A stretch of 63,626 bases of DNA, counting the filler, from Thraustochytrium aureum (taxonomy: Eukaryota): assembly GCA_012862495.1 (NCBI GenBank). It is 5 parts of 4 records of this genome, joined end to end, with 100 filler letters (N's around TTAATTAATTAA, not from the genome) between each part and the next. Parts side by side here need not be neighbours in the genome. Positions count along the whole stretch, not along the records: positions 1 to 30,983 come from BLSG01000316.1; 4 more parts are not named here. The stretch is one strand, 5' to 3'. Both the position numbers and the translations under genes were made by a program. The notes below the pieces were generated by a model. That model saw nothing but the letters and a program-made list of their open reading frames with translations. It searched no databases and was not told where the DNA came from. Shown here one piece after another: positions 1 through 12,216 of the stretch; position 1 is the stretch's first letter, and every line of letters begins with the position of its first letter.

Positions 1-338
1 GGCGTTGGTTGCATGGGGGACTCGACGTGGTGGTCAGAACACCGCGTCTCATCCAAGAGGAGATTGGCCTGGTGTCTCTATACCTCTATACTGTTATGAG
101 TCGACTTTCTCCAAGCGCGGCGACGACGGTGAGCGGCAGTTTCCGTTTCGCTTGCACCGCCGGACGCTCGCAAACCGATCAGCCGAAGTCGCGCGAGGCG
201 GTCACCGGCTATCTACCGCTTGTACCAAGCCCTTCGCGCGCATCGCTCGCAAGGCTCATTTGCGCGGCCAGCCACAGCCCGCCGGTCTGAAGACACGCGC
301 GCCGGCGGCGAGCCACAGAGGCTTGTGATCTCAGCAGG

Positions 339-1342
339 ATGAACTACCTGACAGCCATCATAGCGGTTCCGCTCTTCCTTGCAATCTGGGCCTTCGAGGT
401 GTACCTGTTCGCCAAGGGCAAGATCCACAAGCAACACAAGCTGAAGGCAAAGGCCTGCATGGTGGTCAGCACGTTGCAAATGGTGTCCTGTTGGTTTTGG
501 CTCTTCGGGTTCGTTTTCTCCAAGACAAACAGCGTGCTTTCGGAAGCATTGGAGGAGGACGAAGAAATGAACTGCTTTGGCCTCGTCGGGGCGGAGGTGC
601 TGCTGAGCATCTTCCAATGGATCTTTACCCTAATCACCCTTGCGGTCTGTCTTACGATGCGCAGGATTGCCAGGAGTGCGTCAAGGCTAGACTCGAAAGC
701 AATGACGCTCAGTGATGGAGACAAGGGTGTCATAACCGGGTTTGGTTTTTCCTGGCGGTGTACACCGTCCTAGCCTGGAATACGGCGATCAATCGGCGTT
801 GCCCGCAGAATGAGTGGCAGATGCTTCCCGGGTTCCAGCATCATTTTTACCCGGTCTATCTCCTCTTCGATGCTGTCTTCTCGCTAGAGACGATGCGAAT
901 GGTCAACGCAATCCTAGGCGCTGCAACAACGGCGCAGGTCGTTCCGACCGGGGAGAAGTCCGGGGAGAAGCGGCCTGCGAGCGCTCTAAAGCGTAGCGGC
1001 ACAGTCCGGAGCTTTGCGACATTCTTTCGGCTGCAGTGCAAGATCACTCTCGCAGGGACCCTCTTTGCTGCAGGGATTTTCGTTCTCCAGTTCATGGCAG
1101 ATATCAAAGAGCTCTCGCTCATCGCGTGCGTGTTTTGCGTCTGCATGTACGTCACCTACGCTTTGCGGCGCGTCCCAATGCTGGCAAAGTGGGTCAACTT
1201 TGACCTTCAAAAGCGCGAGTTCACCAGCTCGCGGGCGCCTGGAGCCACCACACAAGGAAAGCAAGGCACCAACGCGAGCGCCGGGACAGGCACGGCAACA
1301 AGCGCGGTAGGGTCCGTGGCCGCACCTTCGATCCTTGCTTGA
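339..1342 (+). CDS. Orphan multi-pass (about 7 TM) membrane protein, split by one frameshift near 750
   Basis: ORFs 339-773 and 758-1342 join if one T is added to the T run at about 746-750, reading ...GFGFFLAVYTVLAW.... The joined protein has about seven hydrophobic segments and a Ser/Thr/Ala-rich C-tail. Confidence 0.6.
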
Positions 1343-1667
1343 TTCGGCAGCATTGCGAAGCGCTTGGCTGGCCAGGATCGCGTCACGAATGATCTGACCG
1401 CTCCCGTATGCTCCTCCTCTAGTGTGTAAAACGCTGCGCGTTTAGGCTGGGACGTTGAGTACCAACGGCAAGTCCCATGATGGAAATGTGGCACGAAAAG
1501 GAGAGGTTGAGACCCTGCGCGCTGCTTTGCGTGCTGCAGAGTGGCTCGTGTCTTTCGGACCTCGGCCTGTTCATGGCTTGGCTTGGCCGCGCCAGCCTCT
1601 CGTTCTTGTCCCTGCTGGCAACTCGAATTTTGAAGCGCGGGCCCGGCAGTCCGGCTTGCCTTTGCTA

Positions 1668-1685
1668 TCTCTCTCTCTCTCTCTC
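1668..1685. repeat. (CT)n microsatellite
   Basis: tctctctctctctctctc read directly. Confidence 0.9.
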
Positions 1686-1783
1686 GCTCGCGCGAGAGTT
1701 GAGCCGGCTAAAATGAGAAACTAAAACGCACCGAAGAGCAATCAACAATTATTCGGTCGCCCTGAGCTATTGCTTGCGGCTGC

Positions 1784-3226
1784 TCAACGCTCCAGCGTCG
1801 CTTGCACGATGCGGTACAGCGTATCGAGCATTTCGTGGACATCGTGGTCGAGCTCGAATACTTCCACTGCGGCCATGATGCGCTTGTCCTCGTTGAAGAT
1901 CAGATCCTTCAAAAGACCTTTGCTGAGGGCGTCCACAGCACCCAATTTCTCCAAGTGCGCAGCTCCCTTTAGAGCAATAGCAAAGCGACTGCGTCGGAGC
2001 TGCTGTGCCTCTTCCGTGCCAGGGTGCCTCGAGACCCCCTCGCCCGCTTGCCGCGACGGGTCGGCCGCCAAGATGCCCCGCTGCGCGAGGTCCTCAACCG
2101 AAGTCCGCCTCGACAGCTCCCGCTTGAGGCTGTCACGTCGCAAGTTGCGCTCGAGGCTGTGCGCAGGCTGAAGGAGCGCAGGAGCCACACCGCTAGCACT
2201 CTCGGGCGGCAAGACGTTGCTCTGAACGAGCTTTGCAGGGTCCACGCGCGTGCGCAGCTTGTGCGCCACGCTCGCCTTTTTTAGGCTGCGGTCCAGCTCG
2301 TGCTGCTTGGCAGCGAGACCGTCCGCGACGCCATGGCCTGCGTGGATGCGCACTCCGACCTTTTCGAGCTGCTCCGCGTCAGGCCGCGACTCGAGCAGGT
2401 GGGAGACCTGGTCGGCGTTGAGCTGCCTGGAAAGCGACGTGCGCCGCTCCTGGATGCTCGGTGCAATCTCGAAGCCTTCGTGGACACCGGCCTTTTTGAG
2501 CTCGACGATCGAGGGCCGTGACTCGAGCAAGTGCGAGACCTGGTCCTTGGTGAGCTGCCGCTTCAACTCGGCGGTCTTGCCCTGCAACGCGTCGCTGACA
2601 CGCTCCTCCTTGATCACGCCGGTGGCCTTGAGCTCAGCCTGGTTGTGACGCTTTCCAAGCTGCTGGTTGACCGAGTCGCGGCGGATCTTGGACTGCAGCG
2701 CGTCCCCGGTCTGCTGGATTGAGGCCGCCACCTTGGCCTCGTCAGCTTTCAGCACCCCGCCCTTCATGAGCTCTTCTTTGTCCGGGCGGCTGCTGAGGGC
2801 CTCGTCGACAGACTTGCGCCGTGCCTTGCGGTCGAGGGAATCGACGCGCTGTTGCAACGCAGGCGCGACGCCGGTTTCGGCGTCCTTCATGATGCCGCGA
2901 CTACTCAGCTCGCCCGGCTCGGGGCGCGCTCCAAGCTTTTTGCTCACTTGGCTGCCAGCAATTTGCTTCTCCATTTCGACCTTGGCGCTTGCCAGCACGT
3001 TCGAAACCGATCCCCCGGTTGGTTTGACACCAGCGTTCTGAAGCGCGCTTTCCTCTGGGCGCGATTGAAGGTGCTTTTCAATCGTGGCGCTGGCCGAGTC
3101 TTTCCCGCCTGCAGTATTGCTGTTGCCTGCTTCGTTCTTGGCCGCTTCCGCAGCGATCCCCGCGCCCGCCTTTTGCGCCGAGGCCGGCTGCTTTTTCGCG
3201 CCGCTCCTCTTCTTGTTCTTGCCCAT
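1784..3226 (-). CDS. RPEL-repeat protein (putative G-actin binding)
   Basis: Likely ATG at 3226 (MGKNKKRSG). About eight RPEL-like units: LQSRPEESALQNAGV, LGARPEPGELSSRGIM, LSSRPDKEELMKGGVL, LGKRHNQAELKATGVI, LESRPSIVELKKAGV, LESRPDAEQLEKVGV, LRTRVDPAKLVQSNVL, LSRRTSVEDLAQRGIL. Confidence 0.85.
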   Translation of the reverse strand: MGKNKKRSGAKKQPASAQKAGAGIAAEAAKNEAGNSNTAGGKDSASATIEKHLQSRPEESALQNAGVKPTGGSVSNVLASAKVEMEKQIAGSQVSKKLGARPEPGELSSRGIMKDAETGVAPALQQRVDSLDRKARRKSVDEALSSRPDKEELMKGGVLKADEAKVAASIQQTGDALQSKIRRDSVNQQLGKRHNQAELKATGVIKEERVSDALQGKTAELKRQLTKDQVSHLLESRPSIVELKKAGVHEGFEIAPSIQERRTSLSRQLNADQVSHLLESRPDAEQLEKVGVRIHAGHGVADGLAAKQHELDRSLKKASVAHKLRTRVDPAKLVQSNVLPPESASGVAPALLQPAHSLERNLRRDSLKRELSRRTSVEDLAQRGILAADPSRQAGEGVSRHPGTEEAQQLRRSRFAIALKGAAHLEKLGAVDALSKGLLKDLIFNEDKRIMAAVEVFELDHDVHEMLDTLYRIVQATLER

Positions 3227-4020
3227 TCTGCCCAGCGTGCAAGCGCCTCCTACGCCCACCTGCACGCTGACGTCTCGCGCCGCCTTGGCCGCCGATCGGC
3301 CTGTCTCGCCGCGGCTTCCAAGGCGAAGGAGCGGTCTTCGAGGCCGGCGGGTGGGTGGGTGGATGGACGGGCAGGTGGGCGGACGGGTGTCAACCGCCGT
3401 CCGTGCGCCGGTCCAACCCGCTCGATCCACCGCACTGCTGGAGACCTCGCGCCCACAGTCAATCGATCAGCCAAGCAACCAATCAATCGATCTCGCCGCA
3501 GCACCCTACAGGGCCTCGCGCCGGGACAGCCGTCTCGCGCGCTGTTTCTTCTCGATGGGATGGGGATCTGCGCCTCCTGTACTCGACGGTTTCCCGCCCG
3601 GACTGGCAGGCGAGGTCGCGAGGCCAGCCGGCACCGGCGAGCGGAACGCCTGGAGCTGCAACGGGCCGCGCTCCTCGCGTTGGCGGCGGGCGAGGGCCGC
3701 GTTGGCGGCGGCGAGGAGGGCGTGGCGAGGGAGCTGCTTAATAATAATGTGCGAGCCTTCGCGAAAGTGCGCAGGGCTCGGCTATCTCGGCTGCCTGCTC
3801 GCGGAACATGCCGGGCCGCTCGAGGTGCGCGCCGCTGTGGCGTCCGTGGGACGCGGGCGGGCAGGAACGCACGTCGCTGAAGTCGCTGAAGTTGCGGTTC
3901 GAAGAGGACTGCTTGAAGGAAACTGGCGCGCCTCGAGGCCGGCGCTCACATGCGGTCGGGCGGATAGCCTCGAGAGTAACGAGCAAGAGGGAAATATACG
4001 GCACCATTGATTGCGATTCA

Positions 4021-4598
4021 TCAATTCATGGTGAGCTCCATGATAGTGTTGACCACGTCCCCATCGTTGGCCCGCAGCGCTTGGCAGCCTTGGCGCGCGA
4101 GCAGTTGACCTGCTCCATGACAAGGGCGATCTCCTCCTCCTTGAGGCCGGTCGTGTCAACCTCCTCATCGCCATCCTCCTCCGCGTCATTGACGGCGCTG
4201 GACGCGCCGGCGTTGGCGGCGCTGGCGTGGGCGGCCATCTCCTTGAGCATCTCGGGGGAGAACTGCTGGGCGGCCTGCGCGAGGCTGGCCTGCTCGTCGC
4301 CGACAGTGGAGGCGGCGCCAAACACGACGTAGGTCTCCGAGCTGGGGTTCTTGAGCACCTCCGGGTTGTTGACGACAAACAAGACCTGGTTGGCGACGCG
4401 CTTGACGACCACCTTCTTCACGCCGGGCACAGCAACGAGTCCGAGCTTGCTAAACACCCTGCGGGCCTTCTTCTCCGCGCGGTTCTGGCGCGAGTCATGC
4501 ATGCCGGCGGAGCCGTCGACCTCGTCGGCGGCATCCTCGCCCTCGCCGGCCTCGACCTCCTCGGTCACCTCCTCAACCTTGGGCTCCTCGGCCGCCAT
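4021..4598 (-). CDS. NACA: Nascent polypeptide-associated complex subunit alpha (NAC + UBA domains), frameshift near 4080
   Basis: NAC domain QNRAEKKARRVFSKLGL...VLFVVNNPEVLKNPSSETYVVFG; UBA domain VDTTGLKEEEIALVMEQVNCSRAKA. A frame change gives the canonical end ALRANDGDVVNTIMELTMN* with the stop at 4021-4023. Confidence 0.93.
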
Positions 4599-5069
4599 CT
4601 CCTCAAGCACCGCGCGTCAAGCAATCCACACACCCAACAGCTCCCACGCGATGCGATCCCTAAAACCAGCTACTTCACCTCCTGCTCCGCCTCGCGCTAC
4701 TGCTCTGCCGCGGCCCCGCGCACGCCTCCACGGCCTCCTGGCCGCCAGTGGCCTACCGCAAATCCGTTCCCCAAAACACACGCCCAAGATGAGCGCCGCT
4801 GGGCCGGCCTACCTTTCAAAGCGTTCCGCGGAAGACAGGCCGGAGGACGACGCAGCTGGGCTGGGAGCTGCGGGCCTCCAACGTGCAGGGGAAGCGTTCC
4901 GCCAAAGGTAAGCCGCAAGGTTACGGTGCTGGGTTGGGCAAATGACATATCTTTCCACTGATGCCCTAACCCTTAAAGGTCGGCCAGAGATGTGTTAGGG
5001 AGCAACGAGCAAGGCACGAGCAATTGATGACGATCATCATGATCGAAACGAAACGACCTACGAGAAGCT

Positions 5070-5165
5070 GGCAACAGCAACAGCACACAACACAACAGCA
5101 CACAACACAACAACAACACAACAGCTCACAACACAACAGCTCACAACACAACAACGACGACGACG
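5070..5165. repeat. Compound CAA/CACAA/CGA simple-sequence repeat next to a gap
   Basis: caacagcaacagcacacaacacaac...acaacaacgacgacgacg read directly. Confidence 0.85.
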
Positions 5166-5644
5166 GCAACTAGTAGTACTCCNNNNNNNNNNNNNNNNNN
5201 NNNNNNNNNNNNNNNNNNNNNNNNNNNNNNNNNNNNNNNNNNNNNNNNNNNNNNNNNNNNNNNNNNNNNNNNNNNNNNNNNNNNNNNNNNNNNNNNNNNN
5301 NNNNNNNNNNNNNNNNNNNNNNNNNNNNNNNNNNNNNNNNNNNNNNNNNNAACAGTCCAGCAGGCGCCTGATCAGGAAATGACGCGAGTTGTGCTCTGAA
5401 TTCTGATTGGCGAGTCGGCACTTGTCAAGCAAGAGGCCCAGCTGATTGGCGCGTTGGCCCTCTTGCCGGCCGGTTCAGCGCAACCAGGTAAACCGAGTTC
5501 TGTTCTGATGAGGCAGGCCAGACTCGATCGCTCGCCGGGCTTGGGCTCGTCACAGTCTGCGATCTTCATCGCGACAGCGGTACTAGCTAGAGCACTCGCT
5601 CGCATTCTCGTTCGCGCCGCTGGTCGGTGGGGAGCGCTGGCTGC

Positions 5645-6957
5645 ATGGAGGCGCCGCTTGAAGCAGTGATCGTTGGGGCTGGACTGGCTGGGCTCGCCGC
5701 AGCCAAGGCACTGCGCGATGTCGCTGGCATCGACGAGGCGCGGATCCGCGTTGTTGACGAGACCGATGCTGTTGGCGGACTGTGGAACAGGCGCGAGCGA
5801 GAACCAGATGCGCCTCTCAGCCTCGTCGCACGTTGCTCTTCTCAGCCAGTGTACGAGACGCTGCAGACCAATCTGCCCAAGGACTTGATGAGTTTTAGCG
5901 ACTGTCCGTTCCCTGCGTCTCTCGAGTTTTTTCCAGGGCACGCCGAGGTGCAGGAGTATCTGGAGCAGTACGCCACGGCGCGCGGCCTCAGAGAAATGGT
6001 TTTGCTTGGCCAGCGCGTCGTGCGCTGCTCAAAACCCGCGCGCTGTGGATCACCGAGACGCACTCAGGCCTGAGGCTCGTCAGTCGCAGACTTGTGATTT
6101 GTACAGGTCATTTTCGCAACGCCTTTGTCCCTCAAGTCGATGGAATTCGCAGCTTTCCAGGAAAAGTGCTTCACACCTCTGCCTTCTCCACTGCAGACGA
6201 GTTCGCTGGCCTCTCGGTGCTCGTCGTGGGCGCGTCGATTTCGGGGACCGACGTCGCACGGATGCTTGCAGTGTCGGGCAAGTGTCGCTCGGTTTCGCTC
6301 TCGATCCGGCGCCGCAATATCATGTACGACCGCGTGGCGACTCGGTTTGCAAGACGCGGCGTGTCGATACGCGGCGGGCTGGTCAAGCTGACGGACAAGG
6401 GGCAGGCGCACTTTGACGACGCTGACGGCCCTGGGCGCGTGGACGCCGTCGTGTTTGCTACCGGGTATCGGTACGCGTTCCCGTTCCTCGACATGCAGGC
6501 AGTGCAGGTCGTTTCGCCAGGCGGGTACAAGATGCGCGACCTGTTCGAGCGCATTCTCTACATAAACGACACCTCGCTGGCTTTTCTCGGAATCACCAAC
6601 CGCAACCTGTCCCCAACGATCGTCTTCGAGTACCAAGCGCACTTTCTCGCCACATTTGCTCGCGGGCACGTGCTCGTGTCGCGCGACGAGATGTTATCGG
6701 AGGTGAGCCAGCGCGCGAATGACGATACGCAAGACAGCTTGCTCTTCAACTCTGCGTCGTACTGTAACGCGCTGGCTCGGCGCAGTGGGCGCCACTCGTA
6801 CTGGAGGGAGCTTCTCCTCAACAGAGCGTTCCTGCACCTGCGGAGTCTCGTAGTTCGGCGGCACCGCACTGTTGCGATTCCAATTGGCGTTTGTATGTGT
6901 GTCGGCGTAGCCTTGCTTGTGCGCCGCGCTTCGTTGGGCCGCGTGGTTCATCCTTGA
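5645..6957 (+). CDS. Flavin-containing monooxygenase (class B FMO) with a C-terminal hydrophobic anchor, frameshift near 6035
   Basis: FAD motif IVGAGLAG, then GGLW and YETLQTNLPKDLMSFSDCPF, FMO fingerprint FPGKVLHTSAF (FxGxxxHxxxF), NADPH motif VVGASISG, DAVVFATGY, and C-terminal VAIPIGVCMCVGVALLV. Confidence 0.92.
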
Positions 6958-8113
6958 GGGCGGCCCCGAGCTGCGTAGAGTATCGTGCCTATGTAAGGGT
7001 GGGAAGAAGTGCATTTCTGGAGTTTCCTACTCGAACTTGAAGGCGCACTCTACTCATCCTGTGCCGTCGAGAGCGTGCACGGTGGCCCGGCGTCAAACGG
7101 CCACGTCCTCATCACTCGACCTGGGCTTGCGGGCAAGCGCGCGCGGCGAAAGTCATTGCGACCTCGCTTGGTTCCGTAGTCTACGGAAACCGTGCGACAT
7201 GCCAAGGTGTGAATAAGGATGTGAATGACCCACGAGGGCACTTGATTCGCAGCAGCGGCCGCTGCTAACGCAGCCCATCGAGGGCGAGCGACGGAGACAC
7301 ACCGCGGCCGTGGTTGCTGGTCCCTGCCACTCCGCTGCTAGATTCAAGTGGCCCCGGGCGCGCTTTCTTGTCCCGGGAGGGCCTGTTGCAGTGAGAGCCG
7401 GAGTAAAAGACCGCAAAAAGCGCGGGCGCGGGCGGGCCGCCGGCCCTCCAGCCCACCTCCGGCCCAGCCGCAGACAGCATCCATCGATCAACCAGTTGCG
7501 CTGTTCTGCTCGCGGCAGAAGCGAGAGATTAGGGCGCGGTCATGCCAAAGCGCGATCACCATCCGAAAGGCCGAACCAACCACCTGCCAGCGCAAGGACG
7601 GAGGGAGGGAGCCCGAGCAGCGATGGGGAATGAAGGAGCCATCATGGCCGACCAGCAGAGCGCGCGCTCTTTGTTTGTTTGGTTTGTTGGTTTGTTTGTG
7701 CGCTGCCGGCGCCGATGCGGCGTCTTCGCCGTTTGCAGTGAATCATTCAATCACACCAACTACCTACCTGCTTACTCGCTCCTTGCAGTGTGGATGAAGG
7801 AAAACGGCTGTGCGAAAACAGACAAACAGCAAGCCCAGCAAGCAAGCCCAGAGGACAGGCTCCAGGCCAAACAGACTCGCAACGGAGCCGCGCAGGCGGG
7901 AGCAAGCAGGCGCGCTGGCAGCCAGGAGGGCGCGGAGCAGGCGTGCGACGAGACAGGCGCCGAGGCAGGGTGCGGGCGTCGTGGCGGTTGGCCACTGATT
8001 CTCGCGACAAAAACCCAACGACAAGGAGACCAACAAAAAACCAAGCAGGCACTTGGCCGTCTGGTTAGAAGCACTGCTGCGAAGCGGCGCGGCGGCCCCA
8101 GCGGCAGGCCGGA

Positions 8114-11100
8114 ATGGACAGCCTCGTCGACAGCCCGCGCGTTGCGGGTGAGGACGGCAAAGCATTCCAAAACCACATGCTCATGGAGCGCTTCGAAATG
8201 GTCGTCGAATTTCTCAACCAAAAGCTCGGCCCGTCTTGGGCGAAAGGGGCCGAGCTAGAGCGGCCGCAAGAGCTGCTCGACGTTCTGCGCGACGGAGTCA
8301 CGTTGTGCCGCATGGTCGGCGTCAAGCCCAAGATTGCCGAGGACGGCGCGGAGGTGGACAACCTGCTCCAGTTCCGCAAGGCCTGCTCCAAGCTTGGGCT
8401 TGCCGACTCCGCCGTCTTTAGCGTCAACGACATTATCAAGCCCTCGAGCCTGAGCTGCATCTGCGTCGTCAATTGCCTGCAGGAGATTCGCCTCAAGCTC
8501 CTGGAGATGGACAAGGCGCTCCTGAACGAGCACTACTGCAGCCCCAACCGGGCCGGCAGCGGCCGCAAGTCGGTCCGCAACAGCCCGATCACGCTCACCG
8601 GGACACCGCGCGGCAACGCGCTCTTGCGCAAAGGCTCCGCCAGCTCGTTCGGCAGCTCGTCACTGGCGCGCAGCGCCGTGTCGGCCGCTGCCACCGGTGG
8701 CGAGCTCGGGTCGCCCATGACCGCCTCCAAGGGCCTCCTCGACCTCTTGCCTGGCCAGCNNNNNNNNNNNNNNNNNNNNNNNNNNNNNNNNNNNNNNNNN
8801 NNNNNNNNNNNNNNNNNNNNNNNNNNNNNNNNNNNNNNNNNNNNNNNNNNNNNNNNNNNNNNNNNNNNNNNNNNNNNNNNNNNNNNNNNNNNNNNNNNNN
8901 NNNNNNNNNNNNNNNNNNNNNNNNNNNNNNNNNNNNNNNNNNNNNNNNNNNNNNNNNNNNNNNNNNNNNNNNNNNNNNNNNNNNNNNNNNNNNNNNNNNN
9001 NNNNNNNNNNNNNNNNNNNNNNNNNNNNNNNNNNNNNNNNNNNCCCGCTCAATCATGAACGAGGACGCCTTGCTCCAAGCGCCCGCCACACCCCCTACGC
9101 CGCCGGTCCGCGGGTCGGGGTCGAGGCACAAGGCGTCGCGCCGCGTCTCGATCAATACGCTCAACGCCCAAGCCTCGATCGCGCGTGTGCAGGAGCGCAT
9201 GGCCTCAACGTACAAGGACCGGGCCAAGCAGCTCGAAGCGGGCAACAAGGAGCTCATGGAGAGCGTCGAAGACCTCCAGCAGACGATTGCCAACCTGCAG
9301 CGCAGCAAGCACGAGTACCAGCTCGACTGCGAAAAGCTGCAGGACCGCAACCGCCTCCTTTTGACCAACTACCGCGTCATGGAGGCTCAGATTATGGCCT
9401 GCGTAGAGGCCTGGCAAAACGCCAAGCCGCGCGTCGAGCACCTGGAGGCCTGCAAGGAGTTCGAGTCGCACATCCACGCCCTCCACGAGACCTGGAGCGA
9501 CATCATGGAAGAAAAGACGGTCGAGCGCGGGCTCGCAGGCGACAACGCTTCCGAGGGCGCCGGCACCATTAGCGAGGGCGACGAGGAGGACGAGGACGAA
9601 GGCGCCGCGGTGGCCCCCGAGTGCGCCGAAGCCACCGAAAACAAGGAAGACATCGATGCGCTGTGTGAGAGGCTCGAGGGGCTCAAGGTAAGCGCCAAAG
9701 CAGGGCAAGCGGTGAAGCTAGCCAGCCCCACCGCGGCCCAATCCCCGCCGCGCCCCTCCGCCGACTTGGTCAAGCTCGCCGAACAAGCTGAAATGCGCTC
9801 CAGTGAGCTCCTCCAGCTCAGGGAAGTGCTCCTGCAGACCAAGGAGAGTCTCGCCGCGCGCGAGGAGGAGCTCGAGCAAGAGCGCGCTCTGCGCGAGGTG
9901 CTGCAGTCGTCGGTCCAGAAGGAGCTCTCCGCGCTTCGCTTCCAGTTCGCCGACATGAGCAACGACTTTCGCGGCGCTTTGGCGAGCTCGGCCAACGAGT
10001 TCGCGGCGCGGGCCAAGGACCTTCAGCGGCGCGTCCAGGTCCATGAGGCGACGCACAAGGACCTCCTGGTGCGCTTTAAGAAAGAAGCGCGGCGGCGCAA
10101 GGAGCTCCTCAACACGGTTCACAACCTCAAGGGCAACATTCGCGTAATGTGCCGTATCCGCCCTGTTCTTTCTGGGGACCTCGCCAAAGACGACGCGGGC
10201 GTTGCCGTGGAGCCAATCTCGGACGAGCGCCTTGCGCTCGCGATGACCGCGCGCTCCGCCGCTGGCACCGAGACGACCAAGTTCAACGAGTTCGAGTTTG
10301 ACCGTGTGTTTGGGCCTACCTCGACACAGCGCGGCGTGTTCGACGAGGTCCTCCCACTCGTTGAGTCGGTCATGGACGGCTACCACTCGTGCATCTTCGC
10401 CTACGGGCAGACTGGGTCCGGCAAGACGTTTACGATGTCGGGTGACGGTACGGAAAACCCCGGGATCAACTTTCTCGCGCTGCAGGAGCTCTTTGACATT
10501 TACGAGCAGCGCAAGGCGTCAGGGACAAAGTACTCGTTCACCGTGCGCAACGTGGAGATTTACTGCGAAAAGGTGATTGACCTCTTAGCCTCGCACCCTG
10601 ACGGGGTTGTTGCCGCGCCCAGCGGCGCCGACCAAACCCCGTCGAAAAGCGCAGCTGGAGCGGCCGCAGAGTGCTCGGACCCCTCGGGCCCTGCCTACCT
10701 GGACATCCGCTTCAACGAGCGCGACGGCGTGCACATGCCGGGTTGCGTCGAGGTCCCCGTGCACAACGCGGCCGAGGTGGACGAGGTAATGGCGCTGGGC
10801 GCCCGCAACCGGTCGCAAGCCCACACGAAGATGAACATGGCCAGTTCGCGCTCCCACTCTGTCGTAATGGTGGCCGTGCACGGCGAAAACCCGGAGACCG
10901 GCAAAATCACCTCTGGTCAGTTGGTGCTGGTCGACTTGGCCGGCTCCGAGCGGCTCTCCAAGTCGGGCGTGGAGGGCGCGCAGCTCAAGGAGGCGCAGTC
11001 TATCAACAAGAGCCTGAGCTGCCTCGGCGACGTCATTGCCGCCCTGGAGAGCAAGGCGGCGCACGTTCCGTTCCGCAACTCGAAACTGACCACGCTCCTT

Positions 11101-12216
11101 CAAGACTCGCTGGGCAAGGACAACAAGGCGCTCATGATTCTGCAAGTCAGCCCTACAACCTACAACGCCCCCGAATCCCTGTGCTCGCTCAACTTTGCCG
11201 CCCGCGTGCGCCAGTGCGAGCTCGGCCGCGCGCGCAAGAAGGAGCGCACGGGCGACTCTGCCAAGTCTCGCGCGCAAATCAAGCAGGTCACGGACCGTGC
11301 CCAGCAGCTCGAGCAGCGCGCGCGCAAGCTCGCCATTGAGCTCGAAGAGGCTCGCGCCGAGCAGGCCAAAATCAAGGAGGCTGCCGAGCGCGAGGCAGAG
11401 AAGCAGGCCAAAAAGCTGCAGGACAAGTTTGACACCGTCTCAAGAAGTGAGCAGAGCGAGATCAAGGTCTTGCGCGAGAAGCTCCAGGCGCGCGACCGCA
11501 GCGACAACGGCAAGCTCGCTGGGCTTGAAGCTGAGCTGCACAAAGCCAAGATGGAGATCAAAAACCTCCGGCAGCAGCTCCGCTCGTCGATCGCGACGAC
11601 CACGACCGCCATGCACACGTCGGTCTCGCCGCGCAAGGCGCTGCCCGCAGTTGCGCTCGCCACGCGGCCTTCTCCACGTAGCCGCCGCGCGTCACTGACG
11701 AGGCCCACCAGCGGCCAGGACGAGCCCCTCGAGAACCCGTCTGGGGAGGTGCGCGTGCTTGGGGAGCGGCGTGCGTCGCTTGACAACGAGCGCCCGACCA
11801 GCGCGGATGTCGAGCGAACCCCCGACAAGTCCAACGCGAGCAAGAAGCAGGTGTCTTGGAAGAACACCCCTCAGGTTATTGCGCTCAGCGCGCGCAAGCC
11901 GGACGAGGCCGAAGATCGCGAGAACGAGGACGCAGACCTCGACGGGTCTGACGAGGACGCTTCTAGCAAGGCCAGGCGGCGTCCGGTCGCGCCGACAACC
12001 ACGACGGTTGCGCCAACGCCGTCCGTAGCTGCGGCGACCGCCGCTTCCAAAGCGCGTCGGGCTGCTACGGCTGCATCCGCGGTGCGCGGCCGCACGATGG
12101 GCTCGGCCGCGCGTGTGCTCCAGACTCCGGGCCGCAAGCAGCCGGTGCGTTCCACGGCGCGCCGAATTCCAGCTGCCGCAAACCGGCCTCGGCCCGCCTG
12201 GAACAGCGCGTCGTAG
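8114..12216 (+). CDS. Kinesin-14 family motor with N-terminal calponin-homology domain (KCH-like); gap at 8760-9042
   Basis: CH-like LRDGVTLCRMV...NLLQFRKACSKLGL...VFSVNDI; coiled coil; kinesin-14 neck LKGNIRVMCRIRP; P-loop GQTGSGKT; SSRSH; DLAGSER; HVPFRNSKLT; second coiled coil and a disordered tail. The CH-to-motor join crosses the gap. Confidence 0.9.

Noticed and set aside
7348..8100. ORFs upstream of the kinesin with a signal-peptide-like stretch
   Set aside because: The hydrophobicity comes from (TTTG)n simple repeats; this is more likely promoter or 5' UTR.
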